Positions 1 through 13,100 of a stretch of DNA of 64,000 nucleotides are shown here, in pieces. The first letter of the stretch is position 1, and the number at the start of each line of letters is the position of its first letter. The stretch is from Bugula neritina. Lineage: Eukaryota; Animalia; Bryozoa. Below the pieces are notes generated by a model. It saw only the letters and a list, made by a program, of their open reading frames with translations. It was not told the DNA's origin and ran no database searches. The translations under genes and the position numbers were made by a program. The stretch lies in contig OZ037768.1 of NCBI GenBank assembly GCA_964035545.1, forward strand, positions 22,663,319 through 22,727,318, written 5' to 3'.

Positions 1-80
1 TCAAATGTGTTGTTAAAATACTTCAACTCTTGTTGTGAGAAGATAAAAAAGTGATATTTTAGTGTGTCATGCAAGTTTAC

Positions 81-2525
81 CTCAGCGTTTTCCCACCCAG
101 ATCTCTGTAATCATGAATATTAACTTAGACTAAAAACATATTCTATAATGTAGGAGAACACAACTCCCTATGAGTATTGTGTCATCTCAACTCACGTGAT
201 GTAATCAAAGACACTATAACCTACTTGAACTGTTACATTTTAAAGTATGCAGGTAGAAAACCTAATATTGAATAAAGTGTTCATAGGGTATCTTTATCGT
301 TAAATGACAGAAGACCTTTGAGAGATTTTAGTAAAAGCTTAAAGGTGTGGAGGTATGATTGAAATATAATCTGGGTTTGCAATAAGTGAAGGCTGTTGAC
401 CACCTGGTTGGCCCCACATCTGTGTTAAAATTGAGTTGTTTTACCGACTTCAAAATTTCATCAACCTCATTATCAGCCAGAAGAAACAGTTTGTGTATAA
501 ATTTTCAGTTTTTTTTAATAAAATTGCTATAACTTAGGCAGCTCAAATGTCATTATCTGAATCCTAACTACATCATTTGATTTTTGAATGACTTAATAAT
601 ATTCTTTTCTCAGTAAGAATTGTCATTACATAACTACATGTAAGTGAAACTGTTGGCAACGCAGTGCATATCATACGTTGTAAAAGAAAATCAATACAGC
701 GATGCCTTGTCAACCCAGAACAAGCACATAACCGGATTCTTCTCAATCAGTCTAGAATGACACATTGGTAAACTTGTTAAAATAGTAGCTGTGGTTATTA
801 TAATGTAAAATCATGATACAACTTTGTAGAAGGAATATAGTTATGACCGGTAGTACAATGATGGTGAATGACTCAAACTCAAAGATCTCAAATCATGCCC
901 CCCTTTAGTTTTCTTTCAATTTTAATGTCATTCAATAATCTCTAAACTAATATTCTAAAAACAGTCACAATATAAGAATATGGTAATACACTACTCAACA
1001 GACTAAAAGTAACGCATGAACTCACGAGCTATGTTTCCCTTTCTGGAGGTACAGAGCACCATCTTGTGTAAGCTCTTCGCTATCAAGATACAGGGTAGAT
1101 CTCTGTAAACAGATTTAGAGTATATATAGACAGTCATTAGTTACTCCAACACAGCGTAAACCTTTGTCAAGGTTGACTAAACATCCAGTAGAAGGTTCAA
1201 CCAATCAAAGTGTCTTGAGATGTTTAAACGTTCTAGCGCTTTCTCCTAGTGTGTAGATGTTATTCAAATATTAATTTTAATAAACTTTTCAAATGTGAAA
1301 ATGAACAATAATGGGTATGTTATTATATAATAGTAAGTATATTCATGTAGGTTATTATATAATAGTAAGTATATTCATGTAGGTTATTATATAATAGTAA
1401 GTATATTAACGTAGGTTGTTATATAATAGTAAGTACACACATGTAAGTTATTATGTAATACTAGTAGTTCACTTACTATAAGGAAGTTATTGACTGCACT
1501 TCTGATCAGAACGAGCATCTTGGAGTCTGGAACCAACATATACAGATGGAGGGTCATCTTCTTACTGACCTTGCTGCCAACCTACAGCAGCAGTCAACCG
1601 GCAGCGGTTAGTAGAAGGAGCTGAATTGCTAATGCTAGTTCTAGTAGAAATTTATAACGTGAAGAGTTGCCTGATTACGAGATAAAGTAATGGGGTAGTA
1701 AACTTAAAAGTCAAACTACAAGTTATAGATTCAAGTAAAGCAAACATATTCGTCTTAGAGGTTACTGAATAAATTAGAGACAGTTTAAAGAAACTGCTGC
1801 ATGCAGATGCAGTCTTATACGTCTAAAAAGATAATCACACAAAGTTGAAATTATTGGAGTCAGTCCTCTTACACCATTTGAAAGAAAGAAAAGTTGAATT
1901 GCACGCTATATCAGAGACGTCCCTTCCCAATAGTATTTTATAAAACAGCATCGAGTCTACATTATATATATAGATAGTAGCTGACTTTTAAACTCTTAGT
2001 GAAATATAATATGGTGGAGCAGCTGCATTATTACTGATTACCTGTTGATCAGGTGATACAACTTACCTGTTGATCAGGTGATACAACTTACCTGTTGATC
2101 AGGTGAAGGGACAGAGAGATTGTTGTCAGAGTTATGCTCTGGTTTACTACTACAAAATCAAATATAAGAAATAAAATTTTATAATGAAATGATATAATAA
2201 AATATTGTATTTAAACAACAATATATACATGTAAATAATATTTACATGTAGTAATAGTTTAAAAAACTTCCCTTTAAAATATTTATGAACATTTTGAATA
2301 ATATTTGTCACAATATTATTACTTTAGAAACGTTTGCTATGAGCTGTAATTATGCAATGATTTTAATAATCGTTGACATGCAACACATAACTGCTTCTAG
2401 GAACTAGCTTTTCCGAAGTGAAATAAACAAGAGTTACATAATATATACATAATATATACATAATATATACATAATATATACATTATATATACATGTATAT
2501 ATACATGTACATGTGTGTATATATA

Positions 2526-2592
<67 letters not shown>

Positions 2593-5500
2593 GTGTGTGC
2601 GTTCGTGTGGGTGTGTGTTTAGTACAGGCAAATGCAGTACTTGGCCAGCCATTGCTTGACTATTTATATAAAAATTGATGCGCTACAAATTACCATGAAA
2701 AGTGAGAAGTAGCGATATATACCTAAATGTATTGATAACAATTTATGAAAATTATTTCAAATGCGCTCTATAAAAATGTAAACAGGATAGGATATTAATA
2801 TATTGAATATGTATAGATTAGTTAATGGCAGCAAGTATATGCTATACACCATGCTGAGCATTGCCCAGTGTATTAATATATTACAGCATCTGTCACCTAA
2901 TCTTGGGTAGGGTCAATGGCAGTTCAACAGCTCCATGCCTCAAAGTCTACTTTATTTTATGCAATTAAATTCAATATATCATTTTCAATCACACACAATT
3001 ATTTATAGCACTTGACAGGCTGACTTGCACGTCAGCAAAAGTTTACCTGTTGCTGCCGCAAGAGCTAATAAATATTAAATATCAATTTATTACAAGCTAC
3101 GGCTTTTGAACTAATCCAATGAACTTTTCACAGCATTCAAAGGTTCGTGAAAATTTAATACCCTGATTTTCAACAGGGGGGGGGGGTGTTCTATAACCCA
3201 CCCTCAAATATGAACTGCAGATAAAACTTGGGCTATGCTATTCCTAGAGTGTATTCCTCGGAGGCAAATTAAGAGTATTTGTTTACCTTGGTAACAGATA
3301 CTAGTAATTACATGTAGATTATCATATGCTAAGAAATAGGCATGCTGACAGTAACTGCTCTATAACCATAGGCCATGAGTTAGAGAAGTCTGGAATTATG
3401 CAGGGTGCATAACTCCTGAAGTTACTTGAGCCCTCTGGCTTGAGTTTACACATTATTTCGATAAGCTTTAGCAGAAATATTAGCTTTGTTTATTGCATGT
3501 TAAGGTGTAGGTCTATTATGTGATTATTATTATACACACACGCACACACACACATACATATGTATTATTTAAAAAGCAGTCACATACACATAGAAATTGT
3601 AGCTGTACTACGACATAATACCATGTTGTGATGTAGTGAAAAAATAACGTGGAAATATAAAGCTGGTGAAAAGAGCCTTTTGATGGCACAGCGTGGACAA
3701 ACACATGTTGAGCTGAAAATAGTGTGCAGTTGCTATTTGATTTGGGACAAAAACAATCAAACTATGATTTTAGCAAAGTTTGACAGTTAAATGACAGCAT
3801 ATACTACACGGCAGCATAGTGGGGTGAACGCATGAGCTCAGAAATTGTATGATTCAAATAAAGGGTCTTGCACTTCACTGTAGCTCTTGATGCCAATTAT
3901 CAAACAACACAATATATATATATATATATAAATAATGGCAATAACTATACTATATTTATAATAAAAATTTTAATAACTGTTGAAAATTTCAAGATATGGT
4001 TTCTATATTGCCAACTATAAATAAAAATAAAATTTATTAAAGTGGTTGTGAATTTCAAAAGCATAGTAAATTATTCAAGAACAAAACATAGTTGCATTAT
4101 TATTGCATAATTTATTAAACTGGTACATATAGTGTTTTGTAAAGTCATCAAGTGCAACTTTGCTGCTGGTGCACAATCACTATAACAGAAATAGAAAAGT
4201 ATTTTTCACACTAGACTACTCAAGTAAACAATGTAAAGAGCACTGCAGGTAAATAATAAGAGTGGGTGCAGATATACCTTTCAATATAGAATAGTGTGCC
4301 ACTAACCACAAGGCTTTGACTTCTAATGGTTAGAAAATAGTACTGTATTAGATAGACTAAGAGAGATACTGTGTTGCCATAGCAACCACGACACTGAGAG
4401 CTAGCAATTATCAAAATTGTTGCATTTTCATGAAGGCAGATTGTAGCACATCTTTAATTACATGTAATGTAATATAAATCAATTGTAATATATAATAAAA
4501 ATATATATAAAGTAATATTATACTACTACAAGGTATAACATTATATTTTATAAATGATGTAATACAATGTAATGTAATATAATATAACAGAATAGGTAGT
4601 AATAAAATATAAAATATTATATTTCAAGGTAGCATAATTCTGATATAAATTATTATATAATATAGACTATTATAATATAATATAGCAATAGCACATAAAA
4701 CACTATTATATAATTTGTTACGCCTGTGAATTTGAAACCACTTGATAATAGCATAATCTTGCTTAAGTAAAATCTATTTTCGTAGCCTCACTTTTGGCTT
4801 CTGCATCTATTATTAGCAGCGGAAAACAAATGCAAATATTATTTTTGAAAGCTGTTGCTAGGCTGAGGACAATAAAATCAAAATTTCTGTTTGCTATTCG
4901 TTTAAATTGAATGGATATTACGCAAACAGTTGAGCTTTCTCTCACTAATCCACACACACTTTGATAAAAAAATCGATTGACTTCATGTTTTCAACTTTGC
5001 TTTTGTAATGTGTTACAATATAATACAAATCTAGATGATGTGGAACTAGATATTGTAGAATTATAAAATATAGGACTGAACAATATAGAGTTAGATTATA
5101 TAGAGTTAGATAATATAGAGTTAGATTATATAGAGTTAGATTATATAGAGTTAGATTCTATAGAGTTAGATTATATAGAGTTAGATTATATAGAGTTAGA
5201 TTATATAGAGTTAGAATATATAGAGTTAGATTATATAGAGTTAGATTATATAGAGTTAGAATATATAGAGTTAGAATATATATAGAACTAGATTCTATAG
5301 AGTTAGATTATATAGAGTTAGATTCTATAGAGTTAGATTATATAGAGTTAGATTATATAGAGTTAGATTATATAGAGTTAGAATATATAGAGTTAGATTA
5401 TATAGAGTTAGATTATATAGAGTTAGAATATATAGAGTTAGAATATATATAGAACTAGATTATATAGAGTTAGATTATATAGAACTATATTATTTAGAAT

Positions 5501-8500
5501 TAACTAGAAAAATACAAGCACAAATGCTGCTAGCATAATATTTGCTATAAACTTATTTTCTTATAGAATATTCAAGAATGTGGCCTATACACTACACACA
5601 GCATAACCTACCTGCTGAGGCGTGTTCTAGGACTAGCACTGTTATGCCGCGTTCTACCTTCCTCATGACCTTCCGGTATGGGTATACGCGGCAGCTCTCT
5701 ATAACACAGCGTTACTTTCACACAGACACTGAAGCTATGTTAGTACATCACATCACCACACACTGTGTGACATCACCGCGCAGGGTGTGACATCACCACA
5801 CAGAATGTGACATCACAGCACAGGATGTGACATCTCCACACAGGATGTGACATCACCACACAGGGTGTGACATCACAACACAGGATGTGACATCACAGCA
5901 CAGGATGTGACATCACAACACAGGATGTGACATCTCCACACAGGATGTGACATCACCACACAGGGTGTAACATCACAACACAGGATGTGATATCACAGCA
6001 AAGGTATGAAGTTAATGTGAAACCTTGATCTAAGGGAAAGCTGTTCCAGAGACTGGAGAACTGGAGTTTGTGGACGTAAAATTTAAATCAACAAAGCTTT
6101 ACAAACTTGAAAAAAAAATTAGAATAAGTAGGGCAAATTTCAGTCTCGATGAGAATTGCTGAACTCTCTTATTTTCAAACATAAGCAGCTGGCATCTGGT
6201 GGTTGGGACACTTCCCTAGTTACCCGCTCCCTATTAGAGCAGCAGGCTATCCCCTAAGGTCAAGGCTGTTTCACACGTGCAAGAAGCAGCTTGAGATTGG
6301 TGACCAAGGAAGCAAAGATAGCATGTGTTACAGTTGGCAGCATATAGCGTATTGGCAGCGTTGAGCAGCTAATAAGGCTATGACATACCTAACATGTTTA
6401 TTCCCAATTCTAGATTGGTCTTGGATGGTTACTTTCTTAAATGTTGACTTCAAAGGATGCCTACAAGTAATATAAGCATAACATTTCTTAATTTTAAAGA
6501 AAGGGGCATACAGCAATATGCAAGTGATTCAGCTAGAGAATATGAGGGAGAAGGCAGCAGGAGTCCAACTATCTACAACTTTTAATTTTGGTTTCACAGG
6601 CTAAATTTAGTAGAAATCTGAAGAATTTAGTGTTTGGCAGAACCATCATTAGTTGAGGTAGGTGCAGTAATGGAGAAATTGAGAAAAGCCTGTGTTCTAG
6701 ATTAGGAATGTAGCATGAGAATTTCAACCAAAATGTAGTAATGAAATTAAAGAGCTTAGGCTATCTCAATTTCTCCACTATTGCTCCTAAATGCATTAGT
6801 TACAATCTAACATTAGCTAGACCAGCTGTTGTGGGGGGTACAATATGATATTGGTTTGATTGGTCACATTAGTAAAACACCCGTTACACCCACAGAGTGT
6901 GTAAGCCCCAAGGTGCATGCATGCATGTGAACTTTTCGACTATAAAAATCATTGTTTCCAGGTTGACAATTGATCAGTAACTCAAATATTCAACAAACAC
7001 CAATTGTTAATCAACTGTAAGTGCTTATTGATGAATGAGAACATGGTGAAAGGATGACGTGTTTATTAGATTTTCTATAGGCAACCTGATATGTGACCTA
7101 AATTTCACATCTGTGTATACGAAAACAAGCTGCATGTTGAGCAAACTTTATTAAATATATATGTCTTTGAAGTAGATAGCCAATCACAGCGTCAGTTCAT
7201 AAAATATATCCAATCATAGAGCAACTTAGTAAAAGGACTCTGTCCTTGTGTTTAACGAAGATATTATAGCGATATTATAAATGTGCGCATTCTGATCATA
7301 GATATGGCGAGGGAAACAGCTGCTACAATTTGATTCATATGTTAAATTTTGTAGTAAAACTTAAGTAAAAACAACTTTATATAAATACTAACACAAGTCA
7401 ACAAGATGTATATGTTTGCAAAGCATTTATGTCTTTGAACTGCATAAAAAAGCTTTTGCAATAAACAGGAAACTCTTGTTTGTTTGTAGAAATCTTTTTG
7501 CAAATAGAAGAATAATTTAATTGATTTAAAGTAAAAGCTTATCCAACATATTGCAACCCAGCCAATTTTTTACTTTCTTTAGTGAATATTATGTTTAATG
7601 CATAAGAATGCATTAATTTGATTGAGGTTGTTTACATTTTGACACTAATTCATTGAATAACTTAATTTATATTCACATATCAAAACATTCCAGTGCAACT
7701 TGTTTATTTATATTCAACTCATTCAGTTAATCAATAAATCCAAGCTGGTTGAACAAATATAAAGATTCCGCTAATCCTAGAACCACTTTTTAAACACACC
7801 ACATGGCCTGTAGTCTAACTAACCACGCACAAACTGTGTGATTTTTTACCAGCTCAGCAAAACTAATCAGAATCACTAAAACAATAGACTCTAAACTTCT
7901 TCAACAAAGACAAAATTAATCTACGCATGCTACTACTTAAGTATATTTACCGTATGTTGAAATAAAAAAAATTAGGTGGGTTTATAGGTGTTATGCTTGT
8001 GAGAACTGGGCACTGATCAAAAAAATTTTAAGCAGGCTAAGGACTTATTTTCTATTATGGCAAAGGAGAAATTATGACTGAATGCCATTCTTAACATCAC
8101 CAACGGCCTTTACTGGGATTCAAACAACTGACATTACATTTACTAAGCCAGTGTTCTAACCACTAGAGACTAGACCATGGTTTCCCCCTTAGCTTATTTT
8201 AAAATAATTATAGTAAAATTATAATTACTAATATTTTGTCAGCTTACAATTAAATTAAAATACAAAAGAAAAATTTTTTAAAAATTCTTTTTGTTGCTAG
8301 AAATGACCTAGCTAAAATTTCAACCAAATGACCCGTTAAAGTGTTCCAATTATAATTTCTTTACTATAACAACTCATTACTAAACTTTTTCTAAGAACTA
8401 GCATAGCCTGTGTACCTTCCATTTGGATGACTCTGTTTCAACATGGACTTGAGAGAACCTTCAGGCATTGACTTAGACATTGGGTCTGATACAACTTCAC

Positions 8501-9619
8501 CATCGCTGTCGTCACCCAAGTCTAACTTAGAACGAGCAGCTGACAACTTGTCTACTGAAGATGATGTCACTTTCTCGTCGGTATCTTCTTGGTGCATGGA
8601 ATTCTGGGAAGATGGCCTTGAACTTGGCTTTACCTACATAACATTTACTATTTAACCTACACTCTTACTGCTAATATAGTAAAATTTAATTTGTATGAAC
8701 TTTCACACCTTTTCACAGTGTCATTCTGTCGAGTATTTTAAAGTACTATGCTGCAAAAACTTATCATGGTAAAAAATTTGGCAAAAAGGTATTTAGTAAC
8801 AATAGTGTAAGTAAAAGTAAAGTTTTCAACAAATTTATCACCTTTTCAATGTACTAAAATTGATCTACAACACTTATTAATTGATAAATTAAATAATTAT
8901 CAAGTTTTCTACAAAAACAAACTAACACCATACAGGAAACTAAAGAAGAAAATGCATGCACGCTGTTTTTTAAAAGTGAATACAAGTAAATATACTTTTG
9001 CTATAGTTTCATCCCAATAGTTGATTTGAATGTGTGTCGTATTTCGTTGCTCCTGCCCAGACAAGAAGTCTGGCAAATCATCAATCTATAAAGTAAAGTA
9101 AAACTCTCAGACTTTATTTCATATACTCTGCTGCTTTGCATGATAAGGAGTTAATCTGCTGATGTTGTGATTAAGAGTTTTCTCCACAATGCTGAACTCA
9201 ATAACTGTAAATCACTCAATATAAAATTTCTAACAAATGAAGTTTTTTGTCAATTAACATTTGAAATTCAACAAAATCACAAAAAACTAACAAAAAGTAT
9301 CAATGTATTAATTAGATAACTGGATAGATAAAAGTAAAAATGGCAAAGGATAACTATAAGGACGACTTACCAACTCTATTTCAAATAAATTTTCCAGTTT
9401 GACAGCTGTTGATAAAGTTTTTGGGGGATTCTCAGTTAAATATAAACATTCATCACTGAGAACGACATATTTGAACGCTTTCTGCTCTCTATGTGAGCAA
9501 ACAATGCAAGGTTCGTAAGCTCTAATCCGTTCATAAGTGCTTTCATCCAAATTTTTCTTCAAAAAATTTTCAAACTTACTACTTCGTTTTGTCAAGCTAT
9601 CACTTTCAAATCTTGCCAT
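81..9619 (-). CDS. C12orf56: C12orf56 / DUF4551 family protein (partial; 3' end beyond left edge)
   Basis: Hand-built exons 9619-9371, 9085-8996, 8633-8416, 5698-5612, ~2149-2092, 1581-1477, 1102-1026 and probable microexon 104-81, all GT-AG and phase-consistent. N-terminus MARFESDSLTKRSSKFENFLKKNL..YERIRAYEPCIV..KYVVLSDECLYLTENPPK..|IDDLPDFLSG matches the recalled human C12orf56 motifs RAYEPCIVV, KYVVLSD, YLTENPPK and IDDYPEFLS. Confidence 0.85.
1316..1460. repeat. 32-bp tandem repeat (~4.5 copies) just inside the intron after exon 1581-1477
   Basis: Unit GTAGGTTATTATATAATAGTAAGTATATTCAT seen directly. Confidence 0.9.
2036..2105. repeat. 25-bp tandem repeat x3 spanning a C12orf56 splice donor
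   Basis: Unit ACTTACCTGTTGATCAGGTGATACA; minus strand reads CACCTGATCAACAG|GTAAGT. Confidence 0.9.
2436..2600. repeat. (TA)n microsatellite / AT low-complexity tract
   Basis: Long (TA)n run seen directly. Confidence 0.95.
4373..4386. promoter_or_regulatory. RFX X-box motif in a C12orf56 intron
   Basis: GTTGCCATAGCAAC matches the X-box consensus GTTNCCATRGNAAC. Confidence 0.45.
5083..5495. repeat. 15-bp minisatellite (~27 copies)
   Basis: Unit TATAGAGTTAGATTA. Confidence 0.95.
5745..6000. repeat. 20-bp minisatellite (~12 copies) just upstream of a C12orf56 acceptor
   Basis: Unit GTGACATCACCACACAGGAT with variants. Confidence 0.95.
6661..6787. mobile_element. Small fold-back element / MITE relic
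   Basis: ~30-bp imperfect terminal inverted repeats (GGTGCAGTAATGGAGAAATTGAGAAAAGCCT versus reverse complement GGAGCAATAGTGGAGAAATTGAGATAGCCT), TA on both flanks. Confidence 0.55.
7978..8180 (-). mobile_element. tRNA-derived SINE, copy 1
   Basis: Minus strand has A-box-like TCTAGTGGTTAG and B-box-like GTTTGAATCCC, then a body that aligns with the copy at 62585-62755 (AAAGGCC.TTGGTG.TGTTA.GAA..GCAT.CAGTCATAATT.CTCCT.TGCC...AATAAGTCCTTAGCC). Confidence 0.7.
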
Positions 9620-10166
9620 TAGTGTGCAATAATACAGAGTACTCAAATAAATAAATTTATTAAAATAAACTTTTGTTGCGTGCACCTCATAGCTTAGTTC
9701 GTGCGAGCCTGGAGTATATAGAATAAACTACCCACCGCCGCCTAGTATCATGGCTACCTTTAAACAAATACTGTTTCCGGTGACGTATTGTGAAAGATTG
9801 AAGTGGATTAGCTGTAATAGCTGCGTACCATTATTCAATCATCTTTAGGTTACTATTAAAATTCTAACCAATAGCTAAAATAGTTGTGTGAGAAGTACAC
9901 CCAACCGCGGCAAACATGCAAAATAATCACTAATCAACCAACTGATTGGCTCAATATAGAACCTAACAATATCACGGGCGTTTTTCAAACTCTTCAGAGA
10001 GTTAAAACAACCCCTAACGATAAAGATTTAGGAATTTTGGTTAGGATAACAGGCTTTTGTGAAAAGTTTTAAAATTTGGTGACTTCACTACCAAATATAT
10101 CTTCTCAATCATTAACTCATTTCTATTTGGTTTTCATCAATACAAATAAAAATTTCTGCAACAAAA
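9620..10166. promoter_or_regulatory. Bidirectional promoter between C12orf56 and TUBGCP4
   Basis: Divergent ATGs 547 bp apart; TTTCCGGTGACGTA (ETS plus CRE-like) at ~9774-9787; CCAAT/ATTGG boxes at ~9868 and ~9945. Confidence 0.65.
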
Positions 10167-13100
10167 ATGTTGCATGAATTGATTTTGGCCTTGAACGGAC
10201 ATGTTGGTGGTTTATTCTCATTTGATGAATCTTCAAAACTAGTGAAAGTGAGTCGTGGTTTCAGTTTCACTTTCAGATTGAGATTAACTTTAAGCTTTAT
10301 TTTTAATTTTAGTTTAACTTTAACATTTAAGTGTTGCTTTTTCATTTTTAAATTTGAAAATCACGATGACTTAGACGTTAAACATAAAGTTTTAAATTAA
10401 ATTTTAAATTTATGTGGCACATTAAATAAAAATACTAAATTTTAAATTTATTAGATGCAGTGTTTGAGCTTTAGGAAGTTTTAAATAAATATTTCAATTT
10501 GAGTTATATAAACTTTTACCTTGAGACCAAGCAACTATTATGTAGGACTAGTGGTCATTCAAGTGGTGCTTTGAATTATTACTGTAGCATACTCATACTG
10601 TAAGTCTGTAATACTAATAATTCAAGGTAATGAGGCAATATGATTATGTGTGACTTAAAAGTAAAACTATTAATTAAAATCCGAAATAGTTAATAACCAA
10701 TAGTTTATTTTTAGATCAATTCTGTTGCATTCTTACATCCAGGAGAAAAGTCTTTACTGAATCGAATCTGTGAGCATGCAGGCTATTACAAACAGTTCCA
10801 GCAGTTCATTGAGCGCCACATCAACTTTAGTGGTCAATCTGGTATGACTGATTCATTGTATCAACAAGAGCATCTGCTTATATAGTTTGCATACTTCTTA
10901 GTAAACTATGTGTAGTACTGCACCCAAATACTTGCTAACTTGCTTACCATCAAACTGTCAAATATATGTATATTGTTTTTTTAACCCAATAAATTTTTGC
11001 ATGTTTTAGAAAGGGCAATTTTATAAATCAAAAGGAAACAACTTTTTACCCCTAGTATTTACTAGCATTTAATGTTTTTATTTTACAGAGATCCCTCCTG
11101 GACTATACATGAATGCTCTTTGCTATTGTTTAAGAGATGATATTCTCTCTGAGTATGAGAATAGTCTGGTGCTACTGGAGCAGGAGATCATCCTGAACTC
11201 AGATATTAAACTAACCTACATTCAGTATAAACTCCAAGACTATGCTTTACTCTTTCCAGCTCTTCTGCAGTTCTTACAGAATCTAGAGTCTCGCAAAGTT
11301 AGTAAACTCTAATAATACTTCACAAGTTTGTAGAGTTTTGCAGCTGCTTGGGCTGTGTGATTAATATCGAACAATTCATATTTTTACAGTTTACCTAATT
11401 GCAATAATACTGAAAAAGTTTTGTAGCCTAAGTTCTCTGACTTTATAAATTTTTGGGGCAAGGGATTAAAATGGTGCATGTACTGTATTGATAAAAACAC
11501 GTCTAAAATTTGTGGTTCAATTGGCACATTTTTTCGCGATGGCTACCATTTGTTTTATTAAATTGTTTTGGTTCCAAATGCATTAGCATTTGCTCAAGTT
11601 TAAATTATTAAATTATTTCTATTCAATTTTGTTTATTTGGATATTTAATTTTGTGCATTTTTATAAACCCTTTGATTGAATGTTTCAGCTTCGGGGTTGT
11701 CAGCTGTTGGGTTTGGTAGAGAAGCATTCCTCCACTGGTATACCCACGGTGCAGGTCGCTATGAATAGGTCAGTCAATTTCATCATTTTAATGAGTAATA
11801 AATTCTCTATCGCCTGAAAATCTTTCCACCAGAGTTTTTGCTGTGTTTTATCACAACTCTGTAATTAAATAATTGCAATTTCTTTATTTAAAAAGTACTT
11901 TATAAACTGACTTGCCATAAAAATGTCGTTGTTTTAATAATTAAGACCTTTAGAAATAAAACTGGTTAACTATCTTATTGTATCTTGTTTAGACTGTGTT
12001 ATTTATTTCAATACGCTGGATATAGTAACTTTTTATGTATGTAATGTTTCAGACTGAGGTTTAGTTTACATCAGGTTATGTATAAACAACTGTCGTCATG
12101 GTTACTGCAAGGCACTCTCATGGATCCTTATTCCGAGTTCTTTGTGCACAAAGTTAAGAAAATCAAGTCTCTCACTGCAACTCCTGTCAATCAGGACAAT
12201 GAAATTGGAATTGGTGGCATAACAGGGGAGCAGCTGCAGCAGATTCAAGTATGTTCGCTTATTGATATTGTACGTCTGCTTATTGATAGTGTACGTCTGC
12301 TTATTGATAGTGTACGTCTGCTTATTGATAGTTTACGTCTGCTTATCGATAGTTTACGTCTGCTTGTAGTTAAATAACATTAATGGCTGGCAGTGAATAG
12401 AAGTTTTCTATATTTGATATAATCACACCAGTTCATGATAATGTATGTATATTTCAGGGTCGTAAGGTTGACAGCGAACTGAAGGATGACAGCAGCAGTA
12501 CCTATTTTGAGCAATTTAGTTTAAGGGGAGAAATGCTGCCACCGTATTTACCAATTAGACTTTTACACAAAATTGTGTTTATTGGTGAATCAGTCGATAT
12601 GTTTGAAGATAACGAAAACATCAATACCAAAAGTGAGCTATGTTTAAGTAGTTACAAAATTGTATAAGGATTTAAAAGGTTTTTATGATTACAATATGGG
12701 TGTTACAAATGGCCTCTTCAGTCTTTGCAAGCATTACACTCAGAGTTCACTATGGTCAAATTGGCAGTAAAACTTAACACAAATGTAATTGATTGGTTAC
12801 TCAAATAACTCTCGAAGCTAACTTTTTCTCCCGTGTTTTTTCTCGAGTAAACTTCCACTTCATGTCGCAGAACCTCTACTGTCTAAAACGATTTTTTAAT
12901 AGTGATTTTTCTCAGTCTGATTATAATAATTTCTTTACTCAGTAAATACTATTCCTCCTCTAGAATCTATTCTCAAAGACAGAGTCATGGAATTCTCCAA
13001 GGAGTTGTATTCCCTGTCTCAAGCTCCAACATTTCTGCTCATAGACATGGAGAATGTAATAGATTCTATTCGTACGTGTGTAACAGAGGTCTGTAAAATC

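Noticed and set aside
5083-6000. Regular repeat arrays as possible CRISPR
   Set aside because: No unique spacers or cas genes; eukaryotic intron context.
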